Positions 1 to 15,000 of a DNA stretch of 50,005 bases are shown piece after piece. Under the pieces are notes generated by a model. That model did not search any database. It saw only the letters and a program-made list of their open reading frames with translations, and was not told where the DNA came from. The position numbers and the translations under genes are program-made. This stretch comes from Callorhinchus milii. Taxonomy: Eukaryota. Position 1 is the first letter of the stretch. Every line of letters starts with the position of its first letter. Where the stretch lies: contig NW_024705383.1 in the NCBI RefSeq assembly GCF_018977255.1, positions 1-50,005 on the forward strand. Direction: 5' to 3'.

Positions 1-3000
1 TCGGTGGTGATGCCCGTAGTGCCTCCAGTTATTGGAAGAGTAGAGAGAAGAATACTTACGTAGAAGTCGATGGGCATACCGACCAGAAGGCGGGAGCCGA
101 GCTCTAGCGCGGTCGCTGGTCTTGCCAAGTGGTGACGGGGAGGCCAGCAATAATCTGTTCTAGCATGAACAAGTCCTTGCCCCAGCAGTTGAGCGCGATA
201 GTTAACATTTCAGGGCTCCTAGAATGGGGCAATTAACGTTACCTAAAGTGCATGTTTTGAGACTACGCAGGGTAATGGATGATGGCAAAGAATCCTAGTC
301 CAGAATTTGCAAAGTTCGATCGAGGGATGGGGGAGTGCACTCGATCTGCTAGCCGGTGACCAGCACCGTTCGCGTGTTATAGTTTGGTGTAAAAACAGGC
401 GCCGATTAAACGTTTGGGTATAGAAATAGTTCGGCACCCGATCGGCTAGTCTTGGTCTTGATAACACCCTTTCGGCCACGGCTCTCGTCACGGGTGCAGG
501 AAGCTATGGACTTCGGGTGATGATTCGCTTGCGCGCACGTTCCATAGGGAGGCAGAGAGCGCTCGAGCTCATCATTGGCTACAACTAACTGATCGTACCT
601 ATAAGGGGGTGTGTTAGGAATAGGGCGCCTTTGCCCGAAAATCATTCGTTCTCGTACGTTCGTACCCATTGAGTCCGAGCCTACTGGGCGCTGGTAAACG
701 ACTCCAAGGTGAACAACTCAAAATGAGAGTGTGCGTCGAGTCGCGCCAGTAACCGTCAGCGTCATTGCCTGTCGCCGAGACGAGGAATCCGCGGAAATCT
801 TCCGAAGGCGCTGCCGCACCGTTTGGCAGAAAAGGGTATCAGGCAGCTCGTTCTGGTGTTCGCACGGGCGCCTTTTTCGACTGTGAATCAAATTGACAGA
901 TCACTTGGCTGCATCCGAATTGGGTGGGCCTAGTGCATGATGGCTGTCCCCCGACACATTAGTACTGGTGCAAGATGGAACTGCAAGCAGTAAGTTGGGG
1001 TTTCCTCTTCGCGATGAGAGAGGACCTCACCATTTGAGCGCAAGTCGCAGATGTGCTCGTCCGGTATTATTGTTAGACTCGAGGCTGTCCGTAGGACGAT
1101 CAGACGTGTCTAAGCTTCAAAACTGACCGTTTGCATAGCGTGTTGGGTACTAGCGTGTTGTCAGAGGAGCTGGCCACAGGTTCCCACTGCAAATCGCCGT
1201 TCCGGGGTTCTTACTCATGATCGAAAGCTCATGCGAGATTTTTAGACAAAGGTCGGAGAGCTATGGAGAGCCGTAAAAAGTGTTTTTCCGCACCCCTAAC
1301 GGTAGGAGCATGAAGTTTACCGGGCTGTTGTCGAACAGCGGATCGCAAAAAAAGGACTGCCCAGTAGGCAGAGCCTCCTACAGAACTGTGCAAAAGGAAC
1401 CATTTGTTGAGCGAACTAGATACTTACCCACGCACTAGCTCAGAAAGTCGGATTAGGAGTGGAACTTTGCTTACTTAGCAAGCTACACCAGGAGGATTTC
1501 TGTGAAGAGACATGCAATGCCTCATATAACAAATTGGCAGTCACACAAGACCTATCATTAAGTGCGCCAGCTTTGGGTACATAGTGGAATAAGAAAATTA
1601 ACTAGACCGACCCCGGGACCTTTGCCGTCAACGACGGTTGCATGGGTGGTTGACCATTACCCATTAGGTGCACAAGTGACTTAGACCCAGAGACTTTTTT
1701 TATGATGCAATTCGCCGGGGATTAATTCAACGCCCAAGTCCCGAAATGGTGACTACTCCGGGATTTCCGGAACTTGGACTATTAGGCTAGTAGAACTGTT
1801 TACATTGGATATTAATAGTTACTACCGCGCAACAGGACAAGCCACCATCTCTGGCATAGTGTGACTTGTGAGACGGGTTTCAGTGCGCTGTCTGGTGTCC
1901 ATGGTAAGACCATTCAGAACCGCAACTAAGCCCACGCTGAATACGTAATAAGTTTTATACACAATGCGAGTGGCGAGTAATCGTTAGGAGGGTTCGAGAG
2001 TTAATGGAGTACCAATTCCTCACCTCTAAACAAGTTCCAATACGACGTTGTCCCCCTGGAGGGTGTGGGTCACGCGTTATGACAGATACCCTGTAACGAA
2101 GTGTGGTTGAAGCACCATCTAGCCTTCAATCTACTCCAATTACATCGACACAACTTCTGTCGGTTCAGCGCCAGTGGTCTCGGGTTTAACGCTGCGTTCG
2201 GCGAGGTGAATCAAGACTTTTCCGGGATTACGTATACGACATATGTGTGTCTCTAATGACGACTAGAGAGGAGCGATACGTTGTTATATCATCATTGCGC
2301 ACTCCTATCAATCGGACTATGTATAACGGGCCATCGAAGGTAACGGGCTAGGTGCAAAGCAGCACAACTTGTAACCTGCAGCGCGCATCAGGCCGTAATT
2401 GTGGAGCCGAACCGACCCGCTTGCATAGAGATGCAACGTTTTGCAAGTACTGGGAGTGCACGGACGCCTTAACGCTCCCGTGACTGGATTGATAGCGTCC
2501 CCTTAGTAGGCGGGACAACTTCATATAAAATTAAGTCCAGTTTGTCGCTAATCACCGAAATCAGAGCTTTCTCAGGTTATGCATTTTCGGGGTAAGATTG
2601 TTCGATAGTCCAGGTTGTAGGCCGAATCATTGTCATTGTGTCCGCGTCGTCCTCTTTACTGGGCAGAATGGAAAGCAATGGTTCAATCGTTCCCGCAATT
2701 AGGATCACCCCGACTAGTACGTAGTAACTATAACTAATCCGTTGTGTGGAGATGACGGACCTCAGGTAAATCGAGTTAGTCATCTTAAAGCCCAGCGGTC
2801 GAAACGACAAGCCCCCGCCCATCAGGGAGGGACTCTATCCCCCGAATAGTCGACAGCCGATACCTTGAGGCCTGACGACGTTTTTGCTCACATTTCTTAT
2901 CCTTGGGTTTCTCACATGCCTCTATCAGGCCGAGAACGTGTGTCCCCCCACTGGTTCTTGACCGTCATAGGAGGAGATGCCACTCTTGTAATACATTTTA

Positions 3001-6000
3001 TTGCAGAATCTAGGTAGCTAGGTTTTCGGGAGCAAGTATCCAACCTAAAAATACTATCGGCGTAAAAGGCGTGGTGGACTATAGCGATTGTCTAAGAACT
3101 ACACTAACTACGTTCTGAAGTGATCCGCAGTGATTGGAAATGGCTTTTGAGTACCCCTTGGGAAAGTCGAGTTTACATAACGAAGTCAGTAAATTGTTTC
3201 GTTCCTACCCTGACCCTAGTCTCTACAAATCCATCGTTGATCCGACAACCGCAAATTTATAAAGGCGTCCCGAAACTGACCGCCAGTAGTGCGGTAGGAG
3301 GACGACATACCCAGACGTGGGGCACGAGCTCGTTTCCATATGCTGCCCGTCAAACAAGAGGTCCGGAAATTACGTACAAACTGAATTACTCAATAGGCCC
3401 TGCAGCAAGCTCCGACAATTAAGGGCGGGACACCAGATAAGTATAAGAGGGAACGAAGTGAGCGGCCTAGGCCTTGTCCATTAATAGAGCACATTGCTGG
3501 TTCGGTGAAGCGAGCACAGATGTTGGTTCCGATAAGTTCAACTACCAGCCGGACGGTAACCGCAAAGAAGAAAAATCCGGTGAGAGCCCTCTAGATGTGG
3601 GCGCTCGGAAGCTAACACTGCAAGCAGCAGAGCGTAGCTGGTCTCTCCGGGATTAGTTTGTGCCATGTACTATCGTTGAAAGGAGTTCGTCGTGGGTAGA
3701 CTTCAGACGTAGAGTTCACATCACTCCATGCTGGGCGCGAATTAATAGTCTTGACGTGGCCATTGTTGCACGCGCCTTATTCTAGAACGGTGAGGCGTGT
3801 GATTGCCACAGTTTCCTTCGTGATTCCGGTACTTTGCGAAGGGATACCATCGCCGAGCGCCGTGTGACTCAGTTGTGGATCTCGACGGCTAGAGGCTAGT
3901 TCTATTGTTTGCGCGCTAAGGAGGTGTGTACACCTTGACTAGTCCACGCATACCCACAAGTTGCTCTTTCGAACGAGCAGCACTGAGTAACTCTCGCGCC
4001 CACCATTAGGTGTCTTAGGGTCCAGCAATCCCTAGCGAATGAGGTGCTCGCCGGCTTACGTCTTCGGGTTCGGTACAAAATCCGCGACCATGAGTATGGG
4101 CACATATTTTGTCCCGTATTGACAAAAAAGTTCTGATGCGAGGCCTAAGTACAAAGTTTGCTTTCAGATGCGCCGCGTGCGCGGAACGCATATGCTATCC
4201 GGCGTGACGATGTTATGTAGTCCCTAACCGGTGAGAGAAGGTCACCAGCCCAAGTGAGCAGTACCGTGTTCATAAGATCAGTTAAGACACTGGTACAATA
4301 GGTGACTGGAAAACCTTGCGGACACGAGTACGCGAAGCACGCAACCCGTCAGGGACTAAAAGGGCACTTAGCGACACATCCAATCCACTCTTGAGGGTTT
4401 GTCAATGACATACTTATGAAGTCTTTTCACTCGGGTCTCGGCACGACTCAAGTAGGATTTGCCCCTGCATAACTCAACCCGGGCGTGTACGGAGTTACCG
4501 CACAGACGTTGACACTAAAAGATGAAAAGGTCAACCCACGTCAATTCGCCAACTTCAAAAATGCGAGACGGAGATCATGGGCCAATGACCTCTGAAAGCG
4601 CGCGGTAATCAATAATCGCGTCTTAATTGAAGAAAAACGTTAGGCCTGTCCGGTGCCGACGGAGACGCCGCTCCGTAGACAGCCAGTTATACCATGACTG
4701 GACCTCTAATACCGCAACCCATATGTTTGGGTATGTCTAAGGCCCAAATACGTACCGCCTTCCCTCTATGTTGGATGCGGAATGGCAAAAAACACGGTAC
4801 ATATCCTACAATTCAGTGGGGCCGCACTAAAACAGAGTTCGTTCGATCTCCCTCCCTCACAAGATTGGGACCTCTCTAGGAAGTGAAGCGAATACAGTAG
4901 GGACTATCGGCGGGGGAAAAGTGATTAGGGAATCATCCAGATGGCCGGCCATAGTCTTTCTTAGATCCAACTTGGAACTAAGCAGGCATTAAGATAGCGC
5001 AACGTTAAACCGTACGTTACACGCCTGAGTCAGTTACCAGTCTTCTCCTCAGTGCAATCATAGCATCATCACAACCGAGAAAAATAAGCTGCCACCTCTT
5101 GTTCGAATTATGGCCAGGATATGACTATGAGTGGGGGGGTTCGTCCCCCGTCGCAGTCGTCCGAGTCGTATCGGACGCCGGGTTGGTGCTAAAGAGATAC
5201 AGGGTGCAAACTGAGATAATACCGCGGCTGAGCGCCCCATCAGGGCCGTGGCATGGGGGCGTGTTCCAGTTCTAAAGTACGATAGAGCTGTGCCAGATCT
5301 GACCGTAAGCCTGGAACGTAAGGCAGAGCCTTCATCCGCAACCTCGGTATTAACCTTGGATCGCTATAGTTCTCCGCGAATACCAAAAACAGAGCTTTTG
5401 CAAGTCCCAGTCGTTCTTATCCGACGCCCCTGGGAGTCTATTCCTTTTATCGTTGAATCTTAACGGAGATTTGGCCTCTGGCCTGGTTGTCAGAAGTCTC
5501 GACAGTTGCGCCTCTTATACTCAATACCAAAACCGAGGGCCAAGGTACCACTACGAGGACTATTTTAAGCATACTGGGTCTTGAGTGAGACCTAGCGATC
5601 CACAACCGCCGCAGGTGTTCGTTGTTGTAACCTAAGAGAGGCCACATGTTTGGTTTACGGACAATCAGGGGGCGGCAAGGTGCCTGTTGCGTTATGCAAC
5701 GTGATGTGACACGACCTAGGAGCAAACGCGCACACCCAGGCGCGTATGGTAAGCGCCAGGATCACACGCTCTGTACTTAACTTTAAATGTCTCAGGAATC
5801 AACGAGCCGAACAGCTGGTCCTTGTTCCTTTTATAATGCCGAGCCAATTACCCCCTGTAGTCTTTGACACTCAACGTCCGCGTGGAGTTCACTCATGAGC
5901 GTCTCCAGATAGCGTAGTCATAATTCAAGGGAGTAGAACATCTGAAGAATTCGTAGTAGATGCGCTTGGGTAACCGAGACTGTAGTTCCAATGAATAATG

Positions 6001-9000
6001 TCAAATCCACGGAACAACATTCGTCGTGCTGTTATAGATCATGGTAGAGCGTAGCTTCCTCCAACACACATTGCCCGAGGCAGGCTTCGGTTACCAAGGA
6101 CACCATGAGGCCAAGGCAAAAGTGATGCCTTACTCGCTGAGCTGTGGAGGACTGAGGACAAAAGCGGCATGATCAATTAGGCACGTCATGGCAAAATAGT
6201 AAATAAAGGGATGCACAGGGAAGGTGCTATTTAGTCTTTTTAGGACCGGCGGCATATCTTACTATCCACCGTATCCACTGTTTTTGACGCTAGAGGTCTA
6301 AGTTTGAAAGGGAGTTTACAGAGCGCAAATATTCCTGTTGATTTCTCGCATCTGCTGTAGCTTGTCTTAACAAACTCTTGATGTATCGCCTTCACGGGTC
6401 GCTATGCCGGCGCTCCAACCCACGAGCTATGCCATTCTGAATTAAATCGGACCTAATGGGACTTCTTCTATTCGTATATAGGAGACAGTGTGATGTTCGG
6501 CCTGGAATAATGGTCCAATGGTTCACAGCGAAGATTTCCTTTCAGGCATGACTCAAGGCGACGGGGCATCATATAATCAACGACTTCCATACCACGAAAG
6601 AGAACTCGGTGGACTATCGATGGGGGTTCACTACGTCTCGAGACTTCCAACGGTAATAAGACTTCAATTGGACAGCTGGGTACTCGACAACGACAACACC
6701 CGGGGTCGCTGTCTAATAAACAGATGCCGACTCGGAAGGTCCACGTTGCACGCAGGGGGTCTAGGTACTCAAGTTCTTGGGGCAACGCAGGAAGGATGGT
6801 AGCGTGTATACTCGCTCACGTATTCCTTATTAGAATTTGGGGTCGTCTACAGTACAACGACTTCTCAAGATCACAGTCAGCTTAGCACAGTACTGGCGAG
6901 TAGGTTATCACGCTATACGCTTCTTAGATAACCTGCAGACCCTACCGTCTTAGGGCTCTCGACGCTAGGGAAATGAGGCTGATCCCACCTAATACCCTAC
7001 AGACTTTTCGTCGTGCCATCTTCACATACGACCCTGTATTCTTTGGATCCGCGGTCACCGGGATTCCGGCTGAGGTAAACAAGAGTGTATTAATCTGGTA
7101 TTTCCTCAAGTCGGGGAGGCTGCAGCCGCGAGTATGGTCGCCTCCTAACAACTGGGATGGGGATTGGGTGCAAAGTCATGCCTCAGTTCACTAAACGGCA
7201 GGATTCGTTGGAAGGCTGCATTGGTTGTGCGAGGAGTGACCAGTGGCGACGGTCTGTACGAGGATGGGGGTCAACCTTTAGCAATACGCGTTGGCGGATT
7301 AAAACTTAGGGCATCTTCTACTGTGTGGGCTACGACCTCACGTGGTAAGTGTCTACCCTTCGCTCGAATAGCGTCAAATAGTAGGGAAGGATATCTTTTT
7401 GCCCCACTTAACTGCTCAACTTCCGTAGTGATTAGACCCCACGCTCTCAGGCCAAGCCTTTCTACAATTACCTTCTTGGTACTGGAGACATTTGGCAGCT
7501 TGTAGCTGTCTAGCCATAGACTTAGGTCTAATGGTGCAAGCGCGTCGTGCCAATAGGCCCATCGGCCCCCAAGCGGGTCCCATATGTTTTCCAGGATGGC
7601 GCGATTTACGTGGATCACACAGAATAATAGTCGCGCTACCGACGGCTAAGGTTATAGTTCCTACCGCTGATAAGTCTATCTTGAGCATGTCGGAAAGGGG
7701 GCACATTCCAATTCTGAGAAGGGAACCCTTAATGATTGTTGTCAAGAACACAAGTGGGCGAGCTTAGGGCGACCGGACCTTTAGCAGTGAGAGGCTGACC
7801 GGTTACCCTAAGTCAAATTGAGGTACTTACCATAAGCCGATTCCGTCCAGTGGCTAGAATACATAATCTCTTCCGTTAGGGCTGCAAAAAGAAATGCGAG
7901 GTCTCCGTTAGGTGCTTACACAAGTGCAATATCACCGGTCGACACCAGTCTCAAATAACAGAAGGCACAGTGTGGAAATAAGATCTTAGTCGGATCGCAC
8001 TTAGTAATCCAGGGGTGCCGTTGAGGGGTACTCAGTTCATCGCGCGATAGTACGCTGGGGAGTGGTTACATGTACATAGGATACCTAGATGCATGGCGCA
8101 TCAGGTGATTAATGGCGGGGGTGAGTCAGGGTCTTCCTTATTTGAATAAAAGGTTATTTATCACTTTCGCGTACGCATGTGCCCGTTAATCCTATGAAGT
8201 CTACTCATCGCGAAGGCGTCCTGGCATGCTTTTACTATAAAACCCTGCAATAAACTTGTGTGTGCCTACGCGAAGTTCCCACAATCAGCGTTTCTTGAAA
8301 TACTAACAATAACGCCAAGCCTTTGATTTACGGGTATGGGCCCTCCTTGAGGTGAATCGCGGTAGGCTTGAATTTGTATTGCAATTAGCGAGCTGCCCGC
8401 GGTTAAAGTTCGGTAAAAATTCTCGTTAGTTTTAATCGAGTCACGCCCGAGACCCAGGAATTTCATTGCTGTAATGTGTTGCTGGGGTTCGAGGGTCCAG
8501 ACCTTTATGCATGTAGGAATACCAAACTTACCAGGCTATGACGGGAACGGGCTAATCATGGGACGCGGGTTACATTGCGTACCGTCCGTTAATCCAAATG
8601 CCATTACATAACCGCACGATCGCTTAGACATACGGTAACTCACCAGCTGCGGTGACGTCTACCTGGCTAAGGGTTTAAGGAGTCCACCTACCCACCAGTT
8701 ACACACCAAACCATAGAGAACCCCGAGAAATGGCTTCAGAAGGCATCTGAATGGGGGTCAAGACAGTGATCTATATTATGTGCTTGTTTTAACCAATTGA
8801 GCCAACCGGAATGGGCGATGAATATTGACATTTGACCACCAAGCGAAAGTGTACAAGTTGAGAGGGAACGTTGCCGATTCAATAGACGTCAGCGTGAAAA
8901 ATAAGTTTCTATGACGATAGTTAATTTGGGTTAGGAATCAAGGAGAGATAGACGGCAGATCCCAGCCGAGAGGTTGCGGGAAGCAGGTCATAGACTCTGC

Positions 9001-12000
9001 TTCACCTGGAACTTGTGTGGTTCGGCGTTGAGATTAGCAAAAGCCGCAACAGGCTACCAACGCGCCGAACAAACTTAAATACAAGAAACCGATATTGTCT
9101 CGCTTGGGGATCAACGAGTTTAGAAAAGAATCCACAACTTAACTGCCCTAGCACTGCGATACCGTTTAGTCCTGATTTTCCGGTATCTAGGCCGCAGAGT
9201 TGCTGAGTTACAAGAGCTGAGCGACATAAACGACACTCCCCCGTATCAGAAATGGAGTGTTAAGCAATCGTTGTCGGAGACTAATTTACAGGAACATGAC
9301 TACATCGTACTGGGCAAACGACAACGTTCAAATTGCGTCCGTATACTTGCCAGTTGGGCTCAGTATCCTATTTCTGGGGTTGACCGATAGTTCGGCCAGT
9401 CGCGAGATACTTCCGGACTCGAAAAGCAATATGGAATAGTTTACAGCATGTTACCATCAAAGGTATTATAATCTCCGTTCGCGGTTTCTCAACGATACCA
9501 CGCCGACTAAATTCTACCCTGTTAGTGCCTAAAATTCAAAAGTTCTGACCAACGCGTCCCCACCTGGCGTTTGGTATTTAGGTCTCGTTCGCATGCAGTA
9601 CCCGGCTTGGTGCTTACGTGGATGTTCGCATCTACGTGCTACATAACTTACCGAATTACTGAAACCAGCCTACATCAGGTGGTAAGCGGTATCTATGGAG
9701 ACGACGCGTCGCTCGCGATGAAATGGATCGCTCTCGATAACGTGGACGTGCTCGGGGAGGTTTATCTTGTCCAGGGATTTGGTGCTACAACCTCCCTTAA
9801 GCGCTCATTCAAAAGCAGCACCCTGCATCTACACTAGTATCCGTATTCGCTCACGATTGAATGACTAAGGTTAGATCTTGCAAGCTGATCAAAGTGCTTC
9901 GTCAAGATTTAATAGGGATACTCTCCTGGAGTCAGGACTGGACTGAATTTCCAATAGAGATGCACGTTGGGAGTATGTAGACTGGGAGACAGTTATGTGT
10001 TCAGGTCATATGAACGTGGTAAGATTGCTCCTTAAGCCAGCTTACAACGCTGACGCGTGCACAGCTGCTCGCGGTCGGTCCTGGGGTACGTGTAAATACA
10101 TTTGCCCTTCAAACTTGGCTTCGCGTTAGTGGAATAGCCACTGTCCGAGTGACCTTTCTGGCTGCGAGGTTTCTGCTATGCCCAATCGCCTCCATGAAGC
10201 TGTAGCATAACAGACTGTAAAGTCTGCTTCATTCCCGCCTCGAGCTCAGCGTGAATCGCGCGACACCTCAGTTAAGAGGCATCGGTGTGTAAAACATGCG
10301 GAACACAAGTCTATCGATAGGTACTCGAGTCGACCTTAAAAGGAGAACACCTCCTGCCAGTGGTGAGAACAATCACTACAGTATGTCCCCGTGCACCAGT
10401 TGCTCCGTGCCGAACTCTGGGTAAAACGCCGGCCGTAAGTCAGAAAGGGCTATGAGACGCCGGGCTTTTGGCTCGCGCAACGCATATAACGATGTCGCAT
10501 TACTGCTGTGCAGCGCAGAGCCTTGGGCTATTGGAGACGATCGTTACCCGACGTAGGCAGTTAAGCGCACGGAGTTGACCGCGATACACTGCTCAGTTGG
10601 GCGCGACATAACCTTACGTCCATGAGCTTTACTGCGACTCTCTATACGAAGTAGTTGCCGCGACACCTCAGGCCGGTTGTCCGCAGATTAATTGATGCAA
10701 CTGTGCCGGAGTTGCTGTATAAACAGTTCCGGTAGAGGGGGTTCATTACGTCGTCCCTATCGTGTTGCATCCCGCACCCCAGCTTTAAAGAGAACAATAT
10801 TAACCCTGGTCTATTGTATTTGAGGAATCGAATTCCATGGTTTCGTTACTGGATCAAGGCAAAACTGTTTTCATTTTCATAACAATGTCGGATGGGGCTG
10901 TTATGTGATTGTGCTGCTCACGTTCACCACATTGAAATTCGGTAAACGACAAAACTGTAGCGACTAGGCTCTGGTTGTCAACTACGCTGGTCTCACTGCT
11001 GATATTCGGGATCTCGTTGGATGTCAAAAATACTTGCAGTTCGAATCCTCGTCAAGAAAGTGGTACAGTAATTCCAGTGAGGGTTAAGTGGCCGGGGCTT
11101 CAGACCCGCGGACATGAACCCGACATTCAGTGCTGGCGCCATGGCGTCGAGCTCCCAACGCAATGATCGTGTGGTTTTAGATGCCGCCAGAGTTGTGGAG
11201 GTATGCGAGCGGTATGAGACGTTAGAATTCAGTCCAATGTAATCATATTATTTACTGCGATGGTAACCGGTTCATTGGAGGCGACAACCGCGATGGGGTC
11301 CCTAACAGGATGAACTCGGAAAGTCAGGTATAAGAAGCGATCGAAACGTCTAAGTGGCTAAACTGTCGCAAATATATCTTGTCTCAATAACCTATCACGG
11401 AATAGGGAAGCGAACGACCGTTTATTGTGCCAAAACATACGAATTGCAATTGCGCCAGACGCTAATGCAAAGTTACGGTCGGTAACTGTCAACTCCACGT
11501 CTTTGTGCAACCGATTGTATGTAGAGCCAGCTCTGAGGCCGCCCAAAAGTGGCTAACTCGCTGTTCTGCTGCGCTGAATCGCTTGGAAGAGCCGTGGACT
11601 TGCCCTTCGAATTGACTGTGACGGAAGACAGTCCGCCTGCGTGACCCCCGTGACCGACTTCAAACTGATCACCAAGGTTGTGCCTGCTTGGCGCCATATG
11701 GACGTAATTTGTTCAAGTTGAAAGCCTCGGGACTTCGTACTTGGTGCGATAGCGACTTCGGACCGTGAGGTCAAACCATAAGAACCTGCAAACTCTGTAA
11801 ACGCACCACAACGCCTTAAATAAGCTCCACATGCCAACGCGTTCCGCTCACGTCGATGGTCCTAGGTCGTCCCCAGGAGTTGACAAGACGCCATGTAGCC
11901 CAACGACTTGTTACGTGCTTGGGTCGGATTCTCTCAAGTGTCGGCTTGTTCTGATCGAAGTTACGTCGCAACAGGTCGGTGACTATGCAGTCCACAGATT

Positions 12001-15000
12001 GTTAAGGGTCACCACCCACACGCGTCTCGGCTATCTACAGTATTGGGACGCCCTAAGAACCTCGGTCGCGGGTGCACACGCGATCTCGAGTAGAACAAGT
12101 GCTGGACACAACGTGGTCAGTAGGATATGAAATATCCAAGCCGACAACCTAACTCTGTGTTCCTGCTGTGAAGTTATAGATTCGCATAAACGCCGGCGCT
12201 TCCGACTGAAGCCCTGACCGACCTTTTGTGGTATTCGTAATAGGTGGTATAAGGACGGAATTCAAAATTCCCTGATGGCTGGGCTAGCACCCGACTGCTA
12301 TTGCTTGCAACAGCGTGCTTGTCTCACCTGTCATTATTGTTGTGGTGTTAACCTCTTTCTCGGAATTTTGGTGTCAAGTGTAAAGCTAATAACGATTGAA
12401 ACACTAATCCGTCGCATTTTTCCCAAATGGATGGCCGAGCGCGACTCCAACCGGAAGACCCTCAGTCGGGCCATAAGCTAAGCTGGCTCACCTGACTGGA
12501 CTGTAAATGCTTATTTGGACGGCAGGATATTGACCCGTAATCTCTCCCGAGCTTTAGGTTTAGTTACAAGTCGCTTGCTGACGTCCACATGTCTCATGCC
12601 TGTTGAGTTGAAGCCAATGTATTGTGATCTGTTGTTCTTAATCCCGTTGGGGAGGGACCCCGATATCCCACGGGGATACGCTGGAAAAGCTCCGAGGAAC
12701 ACAAAGAATTTGCGTATTCACTTAAACTTCACAGCACCAGGATCGCCGGGGGGCAATTACACTGTCGATTTTTCATGCAGCTAGGGTGTAATTCCAGGAC
12801 GGAACAAAACAGCGCTCTAGGTAAGCCAATTGGCCCACCAGCTAATCACGGCCTTAGCTTACAACTGGCGAGATGTTCCGAGGTATACTTCCAATAGCCT
12901 ATCCAAACAGTGAAAATACCCCGCCCACATGGTCTCCGGTTGGCACCGAGGCTCGCACAGCGTATCAGTTCACGTGTAAATTTCAATGAAACTCACTAAG
13001 TTCGAGCCACAAGCGTCTACCAGGACAATTAGCCCAAGACGTTATGATTATAGGACGACGGTCTTAGACTATAGTAATTACGGGTCAGCTGGGATCAATG
13101 ATTCTGGAGTGGCACGCGGCAGTTATTGCGCGGATCCACTTGCCTCAAACCGCCGTTTCCCACATGAGAAACACTCATAATAGTATAAGGTGGGTTCTGG
13201 AACGCTTCTCCTCCTTAATTGCTCAACGAAAGGATTGTCACCACAGGGCATTGAAGCGGTGTAAAGTTTCCTTCGACGAGCGCGGAGACCTAAACGGACG
13301 CAAACAGCCTGGTCGTCAAAGGCCGCTGCCCCTCTACTGCCTTCGAAAATCAGTTTGGCATTCCTGGCCTCTACACAGACAGTTCCAGGCTTACGGTGTC
13401 TAACACATTGCACACTATGTATAAATAGGGCAAGTTGCGAAGGCCCCCAGCTAGGTGGCTGAAGATCACCAAAGGCAACCCTCTAAAGCCCCCGTCACAC
13501 TCGACCGTAGCGTTGACCGAGAGGTGGGAAACTAGGTTTGATCTAGACTGCGAGGGGAGAGAACTGTCTCAGAGTACAGGACATTGTTCTCACGGTCAGC
13601 CGTTAGAAATCTAGTTTCCGCCGTGTCATCCCCACCGGAATGACTGATTCTAGTCAAGGGGGCCAGGGCAGCTCCAGTGCTACGCCTCCTATTACTTGTG
13701 CATCAGACGCGAGCCCAGGAATCACCACTATTGAAGCCGAAGACGCGGTCAGCGTAACCACCACAGATAACAAGAATAATACATGCCAATATAGTACGGG
13801 ACGGAGGGGAGCAAAGAATGTCCTCTACTCTCTACTAACGCCAAGACACTCCATAGTCTATTAAGGCAAACCCAGACTCGATGGTATAGTGCCAAGTTGC
13901 TTTTGACGTCGTGGGCGCCAGGGTACAATAACGAAGGGAGGGCGTTGATGCTAGCATCAGGCCTACTGAGTAGTCTACTTGGGGAACGTCCTTGATATCC
14001 AGGATGAAACGAGGGTCGCCTTTTTTACCGTACAGTGCCCTACCAGATCAGCCCCGGGTGAAACTTTTCATTCACTCGTGAAGACAGGTGTTGGCAGTCC
14101 TCCACAAAAGCTCCGTCACTGGGCAACAGATCAAGGGATGCCTGATGGGTTGATTCATACAGCCTAACATAACTGTACCAGTACAGCGCTTCGTACACGC
14201 GAATATTTCGATTTTGTTAAATAAGGTTCACTGAGATCACCAATTATGGCGTCCTACAGTGCAACTAAAACTCAACCTATGAATGAACGCCAACCAGTCA
14301 GGCTATCGTATCAGATGGTTTCGAGAATAGCCACTCCTCCCTAGACGGCAATCGAGCGTGCTGATGTGCGGAAGTCCCATGAGTTACCCAGACGTCGAAC
14401 TTCGTACAGGAAGGAACAGGGGACCGCGTGACAATTCGAGGACATACGATTCCTGATGCCGCCCGCCAATTAGCATCAGAGTGATGAGCCTGGGATTTCT
14501 GACCTCGTGGAGAGATTTTGGTTCGCGGAAGACCATCGCGTAGCATTACCTTGTTTCAATCCAGAGTGGACTTTGAACCCCTTGCGCGTTGACCTACGAG
14601 ACACTGACTTGCGGGACTATGAGGAAAGTATGTCTAGACTCTCCGGGATTTGCTCCATCTATGCGATCGTCAATCGTGCTACTGGGATGTATTTAGTATA
14701 TGGGATTACGACGTCTCACGTCAACAAACGTTGACGAGCAGACCGTGCTGGTAGCATCCCCGATAGTCTCGTGGTAACTAACGGATGTAAAACTTATCCG
14801 CATATCTAGGCGCCCAGTTCGGTCCCGAGACTATACTGCCAAGGTTTGTAGAATCTCTCGAAGCGAAGAAACAACGGCGTGGGAGCTCGGAATGGAGGAC
14901 AGTGTCGCTTAGGCGTTTTAGCAGGATCTGGCGAGGTCCTATTGAGTGTAATAGACAAGTCTAATATGAGAATAGAAGGGGTACGGGAAATTACACTCGT

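Noticed and set aside
1136..1160. Close 10-bp direct repeat tagcgtgttg
   Set aside because: Only two copies and no array; compatible with chance.
4941..4952. Perfect 12-bp palindrome atggccggccat
   Set aside because: About four such palindromes are expected by chance in 17 kb.
10311..10336. Cluster of ClaI, XhoI and SalI sites resembling a polylinker
   Set aside because: The order does not match a vector I recognise and there is no flanking vector sequence.
10259..10671. 13-mer cgcgacacctcag repeated exactly 400 bp apart
   Set aside because: About two such 13-mer pairs are expected by chance in 17 kb, and there are no further copies at 9859 or 11059.
11594..11612. Minus-strand SKGKST resembling BIG1 FKGKSKP
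   Set aside because: Four-residue match only; the flanks do not resemble the missing exon.
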